DNA of 62,870 nucleotides, filler included. It is 4 parts of 4 records of this genome, joined end to end, with 100 filler letters (N's around TTAATTAATTAA, not from the genome) between each part and the next. Parts side by side here need not be neighbours in the genome. Positions count along the whole stretch, not along the records: positions 51,566 to 62,870 come from DRR378314_243; 3 more parts are not named here. One strand, 5' to 3'. Shown piece after piece: positions 51,566 to 62,870 of the stretch; positions within the stretch are counted from its first letter, which is position 1; the number at the start of each line of letters is the position of its first letter. The notes beneath the pieces are model-generated. The model was not told where the DNA came from. It did no database searches and saw only the letters and a program-made list of their open reading frames with translations. A program made the position numbers and the translations under genes.

Positions 51566-52542
51566 GTGAGCTCCTAAGCAGAGCAGCCACTCTCCACCCA
51601 ACTCAGACACATCGGCCTCACATAGGAAACTAGCGCATGGTTTACCTTACCGAGCCCTTATATCGTATCTTCACGTGGTGATATAGAGCGGGAGAGGCTA
51701 CCGTGCTCGCGCCCGAAAAGTGCGGGCGAGGCATACGCGCTCAGAATGGGAGCACAAACTGTGAAGCGCGCCGGCACCAACAGAGCGCAAAGGGAAATAG
51801 GTTGACGATATAGGGCACTTCTGTGGCTTCCGCAATGCGCGTTTCGCGGCAGACCACGTGCGCTCCCGCCGTCGAAGCGCAGCGCTCGTCGTTCCCGCGC
51901 ACGCCAGTTCCTGCACGGTACGCTGCGGTACCGTGGCGTATCTCCCATCCCCACCTGTACCAAATACGATCTTGAATTTTATGGCTGTACTAAGAAGATC
52001 TTAATCAAATATTGCAAAAATGATGATGCACAGAACTCTTAGTATTCGAGCTCTGGCTACGGTTGTTCTGCGCACGTGTGTCAGCGCCCGGTTTCCGCGC
52101 CAAGCGCGCAGGTGGCTCGGACACGCACAGACGCGGTGCGCCAGAGCTGCCGCTGCTCTTCCACACAAGGTGTCGCCTGTGTGCTCTCACCCTCTGTGCG
52201 AAGGCACCCGAAAGAAACATTGTTCTTTTCCACTTGCATCTAATGAAATGATCATTTACGTCGCTGATGCGATCGCGGTTCTTCTTTGCGATCGATTCCT
52301 TGAATAGGACGAATTCTGGTGTGGACAGAGGATTCCTCAGAGCGCGTTTGCGGCGGACGGACGAGCTCGATCTCGATTGCTCCGGCTGCTTACATAACCA
52401 CCTGCGCGACGTGGGAGAGCAAAAAGTTTCTCCACACCGTTTTTGACAAGAAAATTACTGTGATCTGGTTTGCTTGCCACCTTGGCCCTTTTACGCTGCG
52501 CATTCCGACCTGGCATTGGCGCGGTGCGTTGCCTGAGTCGTG

Positions 52543-55500
52543 ATGACCAGTTTAGAGAAGTTGCTGATCAAGGGAATCCGCAGCTTTTCTCCCGACAACC
52601 AGCATGTGGTTGAGTTTTTCCGCCCGCTCACTCTCATCGTTGGGCACAACGGAGCAGGAAAGACTACGGTGATTGAATGTCTCAAATACGCATCCACAGG
52701 CGACCTGCCTCCGAATTCCCGGAACGGAAAGAGTTTTGTGCACGATCCGAAAATTGCTGGCGAAACCGAAGTGAAAGGCCAAATCAAGTTGCGCTTCCGA
52801 ACAGTGAGCGGCAAATCAGTAGTGTGCGTGCGCTCGTTTCAGCTCACGCAGCGAGCGTCAAAGCTGGAATTCAAGCAGCTGGAAAGTGCGCTGCGAACAA
52901 CGAATGAGCAGGGAGAGAAAATCAGTCTCAGCTACCGCTGTGCCGATCTGGATAAGCAGGTCACCGAACTCATGGGCGTTTCCAAGGCCGTGCTAGAGAA
53001 CGTGATTTTCGTTCACCAGGAAGACAGCAATTGGCCGCTCATGGAGGGTGCGACGCTGAAGCGCAAATTCGACGACATCTTTGCTGCAACTCGATACACG
53101 AAAGCTCTGGAAGAAATTCGGAAAGCTCGCTCCGAACGTCAGAATGGGATCCGCGACCTCAAGGCGGAAGTGAAGCTCCTCGAGACGTACATGGACGCGT
53201 TCGCGCAGCTGAAAGACCGTTTCTCCAACGACGGTGCCCGCCTTGAGGACGTGCAGTCCAAGATCGCCAGTGCCAATGAAGAAATCCAGCGCGTAGAAGA
53301 TCAGCTGCGCGAAGCGCACGCGGAGAGTGAGCAACTGAGCGAACTGGAAGACTCTGTCCTGGCGCTCGAGGCGCAGTACAAGTCTGAGCGCCAGCACCGC
53401 GACCGTATGGAGCAGGAGCTGGAGGAGGAGTTTGAGGAGGACGACAAGGAGCTCCGCGAATTCTTGGAAACTATGGATGACAAGCTCGACAAGGTACGCG
53501 GTGATATTGAGACTCTCAAGCAGAAGCTCGTGAATGAGCGCGAATCCGCGGCTGCTGCGAACGAGCATCACAGGGATCTTTTCCAGAAGAAGGGCGAGAT
53601 TGAAGCGGAGGAGCGTGTTCACGCGCGCGATGTCGCCGAGCTGGAGCGGCTCGCCCAAGAGGCGGCGCAGTCGTGGGGAATCGCAGAACAAAACCCCGTA
53701 GATGTGCTTGCGCAGATGTGGCAGAAGAAGAGTTTGCTCAATGATGAACTTGTGCGACAGCGCGAGAGTCATCGCCAAGCAGACGATCAGCTGCGCGTGC
53801 GCGCTGAGGAAGCGCGCTCAAAGGCGGCGAGAGCGCTGGACCAAGTCGCTGCGCTCGAGCGTGAGCGCGATGCGTGCACGGGCCGCCTCGAAGAAATCGA
53901 CGCCAAGCGCTCCGCTGCTGAGCGCCAGTTCGAGTCGCTTGATGAGCTTGCACTGCAGTACAAGGAAGCTGAAACCCGCAAAGAGGAAGCCGAGCGCCAG
54001 CTGGCCGCGCTGAACTTTGCAGAGCGCGAGAGCGCTCGCCGAGCAGAATTGCGGGCCGCACGCGAGCGCAGCGCCCTTGCGAGCGAGCGTCAGCGCTCCC
54101 TGCATCTTCACGCTGACATTCGAGCGCGACTTGCGGAAAAGAAGCAGCGCTACGACACCAAGGCGCCTGCGCTCGCAAAGGGGCTGCGCGATATGTGGTC
54201 GCAAGCAGTGGTAGTACTCGAGGGGATTGACGGGGAATCCGCAGCGCACGTAGTTGCAAAGGATCCTGAGAGCGCCAGCGCTGCAGCGCGGACGCTCGAA
54301 GAAGCACTGGCCAGAGCACATGAGCGAACAGTTTCGTTGGAGCGTGAATTGACCGCTGCGGCCAAGGAGTACTCGATGGTCGACGGGCAGCTCCAGGCAT
54401 GCTCGAGTGCGCGCCAGAAGCGCGTCGACGAACGAGCGCGTGCGGAGAAAAGGCTTGCAGATGCTGGTCAGGACGCTGACACGCATGCAGAAGTGCTCGC
54501 TACGGCTGAAAAAGCGCTGGAAAATGCGCGCGAAGAATTCACCAGTGCAGATGTCATGGCCAAGACGTACCACTTTCAGCTGCAGAGGGCGAAGAAGAAG
54601 CACAGCTGTCCCATGTGTGAGCGTGGCTTCTCGGACGGAGAGATGGAGGACTTCGAGACGCTCATTACGGAACGTGTACAGCAGCTCTCGACGTCGAATA
54701 TACTTGACAATGCCCGTGCAGAGCTCGATCGTGCCAAAGCGGAAGTGGAGAAGCTGTATGCGCTGCAGGAGCCTTGCCAAACCGTTCACCGCGCCGCGGA
54801 AGCCATCGCTGCGGCAGACGAGGAGATCGCAACGCTGCAGGCGCAGCGCGCGCGCACCCTGGACCGCCGCAATGAGCTCGGATCGGCGCACGAGCGTTCT
54901 CGAGAGCAAGAAGAAGCCATGAGTAAGCTTGTTGTGCGATTCACAGAGCTGCGTTCGCAAGAAAGTGAGCTCGCGGGACTGCAGAAGGAGATTGCGCGCG
55001 AAGAGCAGCGGATTCGCGAGCTCTGTGTGTCTGGAGCCTCCCCCGAAGAAATTGAGCGCGAGCTTGTCGATGCCAACGCTGCCGTGACTGCTGCCGAGCA
55101 GGCCATAGAGCGCGCGCGCGACGAGCACGATAGTGCGCGCGCCAAAGTCGACTACGCCAATGAGACTTGGCGTGATCTTCGAGAGCGCCATCTACGAGCA
55201 GAGAACGCCAAATTATCCATCCAGCAGCTGCAGGACGAGCGCGGGAAAATCGTTGCGCGTACCGACGACATTGCCGTAGAGCAGCGCACGGCTCAGCACG
55301 AGGCAGAGCGCATGACCGCCGCAGCTGCCGCTGTCGATGAAGAACGCACGGTGGCGCAGCGGAAAGAAGACGTGAGAGCGAATGAAGCAGAGGGTAAACT
55401 CCGGCAGCTCTCGTCGTCCGCTGAGGCGCTGGAACGGCTGCGAAGCACCGTATCCGCGTACGATGCCGCCGCAGTCGCACAGCGCGCTGCCGCTGTGCGA

Positions 55501-56484
55501 CGTGATCTCGCTGCCGCAGCCGAGCTCGTGAGCACGGCGGAGGCATCGATGGAGAATATTCGCGACATTATCACACAGAACGAACGAACTCTGGATACGC
55601 AAGAGACGATTCGTCGGAATATTGAAGCGAATATTCAATATCGGGAGCAGTGCAAGCGAGCAGAGACGATTCGTGAGCGGATGGCCGAGCAGCGCGAGCA
55701 ACAGCGCAAGTTCCGACCGCGCGAGGAGCTCAACGCGTTCATCGCTGACCTGGACCGCGAGTGCAATGCAGCGCGAGCAAATCGCGCGAGGTTGGAGGGA
55801 ATGTATAAAGAGGTATCAGAAAAGTTAGAAGAGATCAAGCGAGATATGAGTAGTGCGCAGTACGAGGGCATTGAAGATCGGCTTCGGAGCGCGCAGGTAC
55901 AGGTGCGAACCACACAGCTTGCCACGCAAGACCTTGACCTGTATCACCAAGCGCTAGACAAGGCGCTAATGAAGTACCACGCGCTGAAGATGAACGAGAT
56001 CAACAAGATTATCAAGGAGCTTTGGCAGAGTACGTACCGCGGAAGTGATATTGACACAATTGCGATCCGGGCCGACGACTCCGGACAGGGTGTGCGATCG
56101 TACAACTACCGCGTCGTGATGGCCAAGGGCGACGCCGAGCTGGAAATGCGCGGTCGATGCTCTGCGGGGCAGAAAGTCCTCGCGTCTCTTATCATTCGCC
56201 TTGCGCTCGCAGAGACGTTTTGTCTCAACTGTGGTATTTTGGCGCTCGACGAACCTACGACAAACTTGGACAAGGACAACATGGAGTCTTTTGCGCAGGC
56301 TCTCGGAGCGATCATCGCGTCGCGGCGAAGGCAGTCGAATTTCCAGCTCATAGTCATTACGCACGATGAAGAGTTTGTGCGGCTTTTGGGAAATCGCGAG
56401 CACGCAGACTACTACTGGCGCGTGTTTAAAGACACCAACGGTCACAGCCGGCTAGAGAGGCACTCGATATCCATGATGAGCTGA
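52543..56484 (+). CDS. RAD50: Eukaryotic DNA repair protein RAD50 (intronless)
   Basis: GIRSF, G.NGAGKTT.IECLKY, NVIFVHQED, long coiled coil with zinc hook CPMC, MRGRCSAGQKVL, LDEPTTNLD, ITHD. Confidence 0.97.
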   Translation: MTSLEKLLIKGIRSFSPDNQHVVEFFRPLTLIVGHNGAGKTTVIECLKYASTGDLPPNSRNGKSFVHDPKIAGETEVKGQIKLRFRTVSGKSVVCVRSFQLTQRASKLEFKQLESALRTTNEQGEKISLSYRCADLDKQVTELMGVSKAVLENVIFVHQEDSNWPLMEGATLKRKFDDIFAATRYTKALEEIRKARSERQNGIRDLKAEVKLLETYMDAFAQLKDRFSNDGARLEDVQSKIASANEEIQRVEDQLREAHAESEQLSELEDSVLALEAQYKSERQHRDRMEQELEEEFEEDDKELREFLETMDDKLDKVRGDIETLKQKLVNERESAAAANEHHRDLFQKKGEIEAEERVHARDVAELERLAQEAAQSWGIAEQNPVDVLAQMWQKKSLLNDELVRQRESHRQADDQLRVRAEEARSKAARALDQVAALERERDACTGRLEEIDAKRSAAERQFESLDELALQYKEAETRKEEAERQLAALNFAERESARRAELRAARERSALASERQRSLHLHADIRARLAEKKQRYDTKAPALAKGLRDMWSQAVVVLEGIDGESAAHVVAKDPESASAAARTLEEALARAHERTVSLERELTAAAKEYSMVDGQLQACSSARQKRVDERARAEKRLADAGQDADTHAEVLATAEKALENAREEFTSADVMAKTYHFQLQRAKKKHSCPMCERGFSDGEMEDFETLITERVQQLSTSNILDNARAELDRAKAEVEKLYALQEPCQTVHRAAEAIAAADEEIATLQAQRARTLDRRNELGSAHERSREQEEAMSKLVVRFTELRSQESELAGLQKEIAREEQRIRELCVSGASPEEIERELVDANAAVTAAEQAIERARDEHDSARAKVDYANETWRDLRERHLRAENAKLSIQQLQDERGKIVARTDDIAVEQRTAQHEAERMTAAAAAVDEERTVAQRKEDVRANEAEGKLRQLSSSAEALERLRSTVSAYDAAAVAQRAAAVRRDLAAAAELVSTAEASMENIRDIITQNERTLDTQETIRRNIEANIQYREQCKRAETIRERMAEQREQQRKFRPREELNAFIADLDRECNAARANRARLEGMYKEVSEKLEEIKRDMSSAQYEGIEDRLRSAQVQVRTTQLATQDLDLYHQALDKALMKYHALKMNEINKIIKELWQSTYRGSDIDTIAIRADDSGQGVRSYNYRVVMAKGDAELEMRGRCSAGQKVLASLIIRLALAETFCLNCGILALDEPTTNLDKDNMESFAQALGAIIASRRRQSNFQLIVITHDEEFVRLLGNREHADYYWRVFKDTNGHSRLERHSISMMS

Positions 56485-57472
56485 TTGGGATACGTGCATA
56501 GAATTGGGAAGTGGTGGGTTGCTTGCGAATCGAGAATGCGGTTGCAGTGTGCATCGTGGCAATGGGTACGTGTGCTGCCGATGTGTGATAGTTTTCTTTC
56601 TTTCTTCGGGGACATTGGGAATGGGAACGGCGAGCCCAGCGCCACACAGTGCGTGAGCGCTGACCAATCGGACCGTCCCGCGGCAGTGGGGCACCGCACT
56701 AGCTGGTACCGAGCGCATGCTAAGAACTTGTCCCGCTAATACATGATATAAAGTATAAAGGTACAGACTTTGTGGCAAGGTGATGTATGCGGAGCTGGCA
56801 AGAGTCGTGTGCGGAGGCCGCTGTGCGAATACGCGTGCGCGCTGCGTGCCTCCCGGGATTGCACCTGCTCAGGTCGTTTGGGCGACGGGCAGGGGGAGGG
56901 ACAATACCACACCAGCGCATTCTTCCCTCATTTGCTGAAGCACGCGCTTATTTCACGATAAACTGGGAGGAAGCCGAGCGTGTTCATGTAAGTGCAATTC
57001 AGGGGTGGATCATTGCTCTGTGTTCGAGCTCGCCGCAGACTGCGTGGCGGGGGTTTAACCCCTGCAAGGGGTACGCGCTGTATTCGCCCAACGAGGTCGC
57101 CCAGCTTTCCCGAGCTTAAGGCCCGTCCGTGTATTCCCAAGGGCTAGTGGACGGGGATGCGCAGTGATCGCTCGCATGGTTTTATATCTTGCACACAAGC
57201 CAGAGTTAGGCGCGCGTCAATTCAGCCATTGCACGCGCAAATGGGATCCACGTAAAAAGCCACCGAGAAATGACACGCGAAAGAGATAGATATGCGCGAA
57301 CGAACCGCGAAGTGCGGCGTGTCGTGGTGCCGACTGGAATGGGTGGCGCTCGAAGCAACAACGGCCGTTTGTCAGGCACTCGTCGTCTTTCGCAAGAAAA
57401 GAAGGTTGCATCTACGATATATAGACCAGACCCGATCGGTGGGGTTGCGCGTTGCTTTCTCTTCCATCCGCA

Positions 57473-60400
57473 CTACAGCATGCTGGACAGGATCCGGTGC
57501 ACCTCGGCTGCGACATCCCCGTTGGGGCAGCGCACCGTGGTACGGTACTGCTTCCGCGCAGCATTGGACTCGATGCGAATTGCAATGACTAGCGTACCGC
57601 CAAGCCGCCCAAGACCAACTGCATTGGCGGGATTCGGATCGATTCCATGCAACACAGCGACACCTGCGTGCTGGAGGGCGTGCTGCATGCGTTCTTGCGA
57701 GACGCCGTGCCTGGCGTCGCAAACCTGCATGACTTCGGTCGGCGCCCCGGCAGGAATCGCTTTCCAGAAGCCGAAAAACTGCTGCGCATTTGCAGTTTCC
57801 CCCGCGATAAACTTGGTTACAAAAAGTGGTATGTCGAGCGACACTGAAACGCATGCTCCCATCGTGGAGAATGAAACCTGAACTTGTGGTGGCCGGCGGA
57901 AAGGACCCGTACAGCGGGCCTGGAACGCGTGCTGGCTCTGCGCTCCGGGCTGCACCGACGACGGTGCCGCGGCTGCTCGCAGCAGCACAGCGTGCTTGTT
58001 CGGCGCCGGAGCGATGCGAACGTCTTCCAAGGGGCTCTGTGAGCGATTGCCTACAAAGAGCGCAAAGCGAGCGTCCGTTCCGCGGAATTCGCCCTTGAAA
58101 CCGATTTGCACGTTCTCTGTCTCGTACAGGACCCCAGAGGATCGGTCGGCCAGGCCAAGCGCGCGGTCCTCGTTCTCGCTTGCCGCGTACAATCCTGCGA
58201 GGTCCTCGACAGCGAGTCCGAGAGCGCCAGAGGGCGACGGAGAACCTTGACCTTCGCGAGCAAGAGCAGTACCCTCGTTTGTGTGACTTTGCGCCGGTGC
58301 AGAGGAATGGCCAAGCTGTAGACTGGCCAGTAGATCGTCTGTGACGCTAGGATGCTGCGCTTCTACGGGATTTACAGCATCCACGTGAGCGGACAGCGGT
58401 GTGGGCGCGGGATACGCTTGAGCCGTCGACGGCCCTATGTCGCCCAACAAATCCAACAGGGAGTCGCCGCTGCCGCTGCCGCTGCCGCCAGATGGTGCGT
58501 GCGGGGTTCCCGTCTCCACGGGATTCCCTGTCGAGGCGGTGCTCATCGCATCACCCAGCAAGTCGTCCAGTAGAGCATTGGCGGAAGGCCGCGCTTCCGC
58601 TGCCGTTGTGGAAGGAGAGGCGGAAAGCGCCGACGCCGCGCGCGGGCGGCCCGTCGGAACAGCGACCGTCGGACTTTCGTTCGAGTCCGAGGGGCTCTCT
58701 TGGCTCGCTCGGCGGCTGCGCTCCGGAGTCGCATCCGCTGCAGATTGCTCGCGCTCGCGCAAACGCTTTGAAAGCCCGGAATCGCTGTTTGCGTACGCAG
58801 GCATCGGGTCCCACACAGACTTGGAAACACTTCCGCGCGCCACAGCGGCATTCACGGCGGAAAACTCAATCGCGCGCTGCTGAAGATCGCAGTTGATATT
58901 TGACGTGAACGACGCGAGACTGTCTTGCACGTCGGTCGCCGCTTCGGGGGACTGAGCAGCAATTTTGGCGAGAGCAGTCAGGATTATTCCTTGTGTATCT
59001 TCGCCAACCAGGGGTAGTTTCTTTTTCAGCAGAGCCACTTGGTGAGACCGCGACGACGCCTGTTTGTTTGCGATTTGCTGACCAAATTCACCGACCGCGT
59101 ACGCGCCAACTTTGACCATGACCTCGTGGCATTTTGGATCTTGCATAGCGCGATAGGTTCGTTCCACGAAATCTTCCTGTAGTGGCTGATTATTTGTAAT
59201 CAGCTGCAAAACACGGTGCCAAACTTCCGTGGAAACGTACGCGCCTGCCGAGCGAATCATCCGCAAAACGACTTGGACGAAGAAAGCGGAATGGGCTATG
59301 TAGCGCTCGCACAACACCGCTATGCGAACCACCAGTTCTTCCATGATGTTCTCCTCTGCTATCGTCAAGTATTCTACCAGTTCGCTAATCACTTCTGTAG
59401 CGCTTCCTTGGTCGCAAATCGCAAAGATTACGTCCAAGGCGCGACGGCGTATGCTTACATCCGCATCACGTAGCGCTGCGAGCAACGCGCTTTTGTGCGC
59501 CCGGACCCGCGGCAGCAGCTCTGGTGTTGCGGCGCATCGCGCGAGTCCTTCGAGCGCCACATACCGCAGATTGGGCTCCTTTTTCGGAAGAAGTGAGCTC
59601 AGAGCTTGGACAAATTGTTCAAGGACACGTTTGTTGTCATAATGTAGCGCTACAGCAAGTGCCTCGAGAACCACAGCAAGCACAGCGTTGTTGTGGTTGA
59701 CACTCTTTGTCAACTTTGCTGCTTCCAGCGTGCGGCGAAGACTATCGATGACACCCTGATAGTCTGCACCGCCGGGAACCGGAAGGTGCAAGAGGCAACG
59801 CAGGATTTTGACCTGCATCCACGGATTTGGGACTCCATGATAAAGACTGTCAGTGCGCTTCTCTCCGGTAAGTGCCAGGGATTTTAGCATTCCTACCAAC
59901 GTCCCTGTCATCGAGACCATGCGAGCAGGGTCGCGCGAAGCCAAGTGGACGACAAGGCTGAGGACGCTCAATCGCACGCCTTGGTCGCGAAGCCGCAGCA
60001 GCTCTTCCAGGCGCGGAACCCATTCGTCAATTGTGACGACGTCACTGTTGCTTCGCACGATACGCAAGAGGGCGAGCGCTGCCTTCTTTCTCACAAAAGG
60101 GGCAGTACCGTTACCGACAAGCAGCTTTTGGATATCTTGCGCGATATACTCGGCCAGCTCAGCACCGCCAATGTTGGCAACTGCAGAGAGAGCAAGCGAT
60201 ACGATTGCCTCGTTCTTGTTGTCGGCAATATCAGACCGTGTGGAGTTGACAATCAGTTTCAACATATCATGATCTTCGTGCAAGAGCAAGGAGCAGGCAA
60301 GGTACCCCTGCAAACGCGTGAACCAACCCGGGTAAGCAGTGCACGCATGCCAAGTGTAAGGACAAGGCGCTGCCCGCGCGCTGCTCGTCGCTTTTGGTGG

Positions 60401-61683
60401 GCTGAACCATTTGCGCCCAAGGTTTTCATGTTGAGCGCGGTGAAAATCGTTTCGAGGTACCCCATGAGCGAAACGAATTCATACTTTCAGTAGTATGAAT
60501 ACGTGTCTACCTAATAAGTAGCAAACACTATCAAGGTGCGTTCGTAGAGGAACCTCGGATAATCGCCTGTACTTCCCTGCGGAGCGAGAGCTCTGCGGAG
60601 CCGCCACACGCGCGTCGGCGGAGACAGCCTGTGAAGCGGTGAAGGGGCATTCGCTAGGAACGCTCATCGGCACGTAGAACGCGCAAGAATATAATATCCA
60701 TCGGCATAAATGTCTGAGAAATTACCAAAGGAGAGAGCAGTAAAGATTAAGGGACCTCCTACACGCAAAAAATATGGCTGCCGGGACTTCCAACTTTTCC
60801 CACGTACCACGTGCTTCTCTGAGAATTTCGTCGAGGATAGCAGTGCCACTGCTTCCATGATGCCAAAGTCGACATCGTATCCCAAAAGAAGGATGTACAG
60901 AAGCTTCCACATGTACTTTTTCTTTTGATAGCTCGACAGGTTTTCTGTCTTGATTTTGGAACGAATGTTTGCAAGTTCTTTAACGACTCGCTGCTGTTCA
61001 TCTTCTTTGCTGGAAGCTGCGCCGCGTCGCGCCAACATGGAGGATCCGGGTTTCAGAAGGGGGGAAAAGGGCAATGAGGCCCCACCGCATGCCGTCGCAC
61101 CCAGCGCCTTCCCAGTCGAAATCGCCATCGCCCCACAAGTTCTACTGCACCTTTGTGTTATTAGATTACACTATCATTCCTCCGTATGGCTATGTACGAG
61201 TTCGTAAAGAGGGCTCTGTGGATGGTAGCTCCAGAAGCGTGGGGACGCATACTTGCGCACGGCAAGCAAGTCCCGAAAGCGTCGCACAACGTAGAGAAAC
61301 CAATGCAAAGCGCACTTCCGCTTTTCTCTCATATTGCTTCTATTCACGAGCTACGAGTAGCAAAGCAACGCTGAATTTTTTGTGCTAGCTCACAGTTACC
61401 ACATGAAATGGATAGATTTGGGTAACAGAACGCAATTGGGCACCGCCGTCGCTCGAGAAAGACGACTGAGGATACCAAGGGGAGCTTCTGTTGGAGAAGG
61501 CCGCGTGCACGCGTCCCTTGCACTGCCCTTTCGCGGAGTGGCGTTTCCTGGACGTGCCTATCGCTTCGTCGCGGCCACCGCATGAGGCAGAAGTAGGTAA
61601 AAAATGAGACCAGCCCAGCGTTGGACTACGTTACCTGATCGTATATCTTCCACAAAGTTGGAGAGTCCACGCATCCCAAACAT
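57473..61683 (-). CDS. AP2A: AP-2 complex alpha-adaptin, three coding exons (about 1030 aa)
   Basis: Exons 61683-61635 ([16 protein letters not shown]), 61016-60808 (KELANIR, YQKKKY, GYDVDFG, EKHV), 60307-57473 ([27 protein letters not shown], hinge with LLDLL/DLL motifs, appendage with DPNP); GT-AG introns 61017-61634 and 60308-60807. Confidence 0.93.
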
Positions 61684-62870
61684 GTCTGCAGCTTGTCCCG
61701 CGACGACGGATGGGGCAAAGCGGAGAAGGTAGAGATCTGCACGAACGCAAAGCGTTCCGGCGCGGATGTTTCAGTTCACGAAGAGGGGGCTTACCGTACC
61801 CGCGGTCAAACCCTACACACAAGCGCAAAAAGCGCTGAGTTTTTTGACTGCTGCAGTATTCTATTACGTGCAGAATTGTTTCATTATGAGTTTCATCGAG
61901 CGATCTTTGGCGATTTGCTCTTCTCGAGCGAGAGCACGGCGGTGACGGCGAGAACGCAGAGCGGACCAGAGGGGCTTGTCTTGGGGCGGGAAAAATTCGG
62001 CGCATGACTTGCGACAATCAACACAACATCCCGCTACAGAGAGAGTCATAGAATCGCAAACGGATACCTATACTACCTATACATCAAAGGCTTTTCGCTA
62101 ATTTATTTATTGTGAAATACCAGGTGCAATCGTCGCGCATGAGAGATCGCATTTCCGCGCACTTTCCCGGATCGCCTCTCACCTTTCTCACGCGTGCGAT
62201 CTGGGGCGCTGTGCGCTGCGACGAAATATCGAGCGCTGCGTGCCGTGCGCATTGTACGCGCTCGCGCTCTGGCGAGGGCGAGAGGACCGATGCGTACACC
62301 GGGTGCGGGGCTAGGGCGCCAGCGCCGCCGACGCGCTCCTCGCGGTGCACGATTGTGCGACGGCCGCGTCACGCCAATCTCTGCGCGGCGCAGTCCTGGA
62401 AGATCGCCGCCAATCTTATTTGCCGCCTCTCAACGCGGGCATGCGTACACCCTGTCGCACTGCAATACGCCTGTCTGTAGCCCCGACTCTTGGGCGCGGC
62501 GCTCGCAGTATGCAACGGCGCGCGCGCCTCACGCCCCGTGCCAGTGGGGGTGGAACGAGTACCCCCCGCATCAGTCGCCCTCGCGCCGCCAGCGAGGGCT
62601 CGCCGCCAGCTCCGCACGTGCTCGCGGCGAGCACACGCGCGCGCCGGGTCGCGTGGGAAGCCGAGCGCCTGCGCGTCGCCCTGCACACCACGAGGCTCTC
62701 GAGGAGTTGCGCCTGCCATGAGTCGCGAAGATCACGGACGTGTTGACCGGATGCTCCGCCGCATTGCATACAATTTGGGCGTAGGATCCGCCCGCTTTGC
62801 TCCGATTGTACGCCTGAGTCTGCCCTGCGCGACTAGACGTTGCCGCGACACGTCGCGTCGGCGGTGTGAC

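Noticed and set aside
51566-52542. Short ORFs upstream of RAD50
   Set aside because: No recognisable protein or RNA; a small exon cannot be excluded but is unsupported.
52543-56484. RAD50 as bacterial SbcC or an SMC-type defence gene
   Set aside because: Motifs and length are eukaryotic RAD50, and the neighbour is a spliced adaptin.
62084-62870. Overlapping Arg/Ala-rich ORFs upstream of AP2A
   Set aside because: No family features; cannot be separated from GC-rich promoter or non-coding DNA.

Overview
This window is not one continuous locus. It is four unrelated contigs joined by three artificial 100-bp spacers (44 N + TTAATTAATTAA + 44 N at 6425-6524, 21567-21666, 51466-51565). (1) 1-6424: GC-rich eukaryote, an internal part of an intron-rich MOT1/BTAF1 Snf2 ATPase gene. 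(2) 6525-21566: AT-rich Flavobacteriaceae-like DNA. It carries the prfB 5' end cut at its frameshift site, a circularly permuted ATP-grasp/alpha-E/transglutaminase operon, ltaE, an orphan trpB, ptrB, and a probable sulfonolipid (capnine) locus. That locus comprises CapA-like and CapB-like genes facing a ceramide-synthase-like GNAT and a COG4313-like outer-membrane channel. (3) 21667-51465: Rhodobacteraceae (roseobacter-like) DNA with dnaK, alkB, a sulfated-polysaccharide cluster, rnd-lptCAB-hpf-ptsN, ktrAB and a xylose regulon. An atypical di-heme CcP/MauG-family protein and a CRTAC1/ASPIC-UnbV protein are embedded in that regulon. (4) 51566-62870: GC-rich eukaryote with an intronless RAD50 convergent with a three-exon AP-2 alpha-adaptin gene. 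The best candidates for undescribed biology are the xylose-linked di-heme/CRTAC1 pair and the extended sulfonolipid locus. All family calls come from motif recognition by eye; no searches were run.
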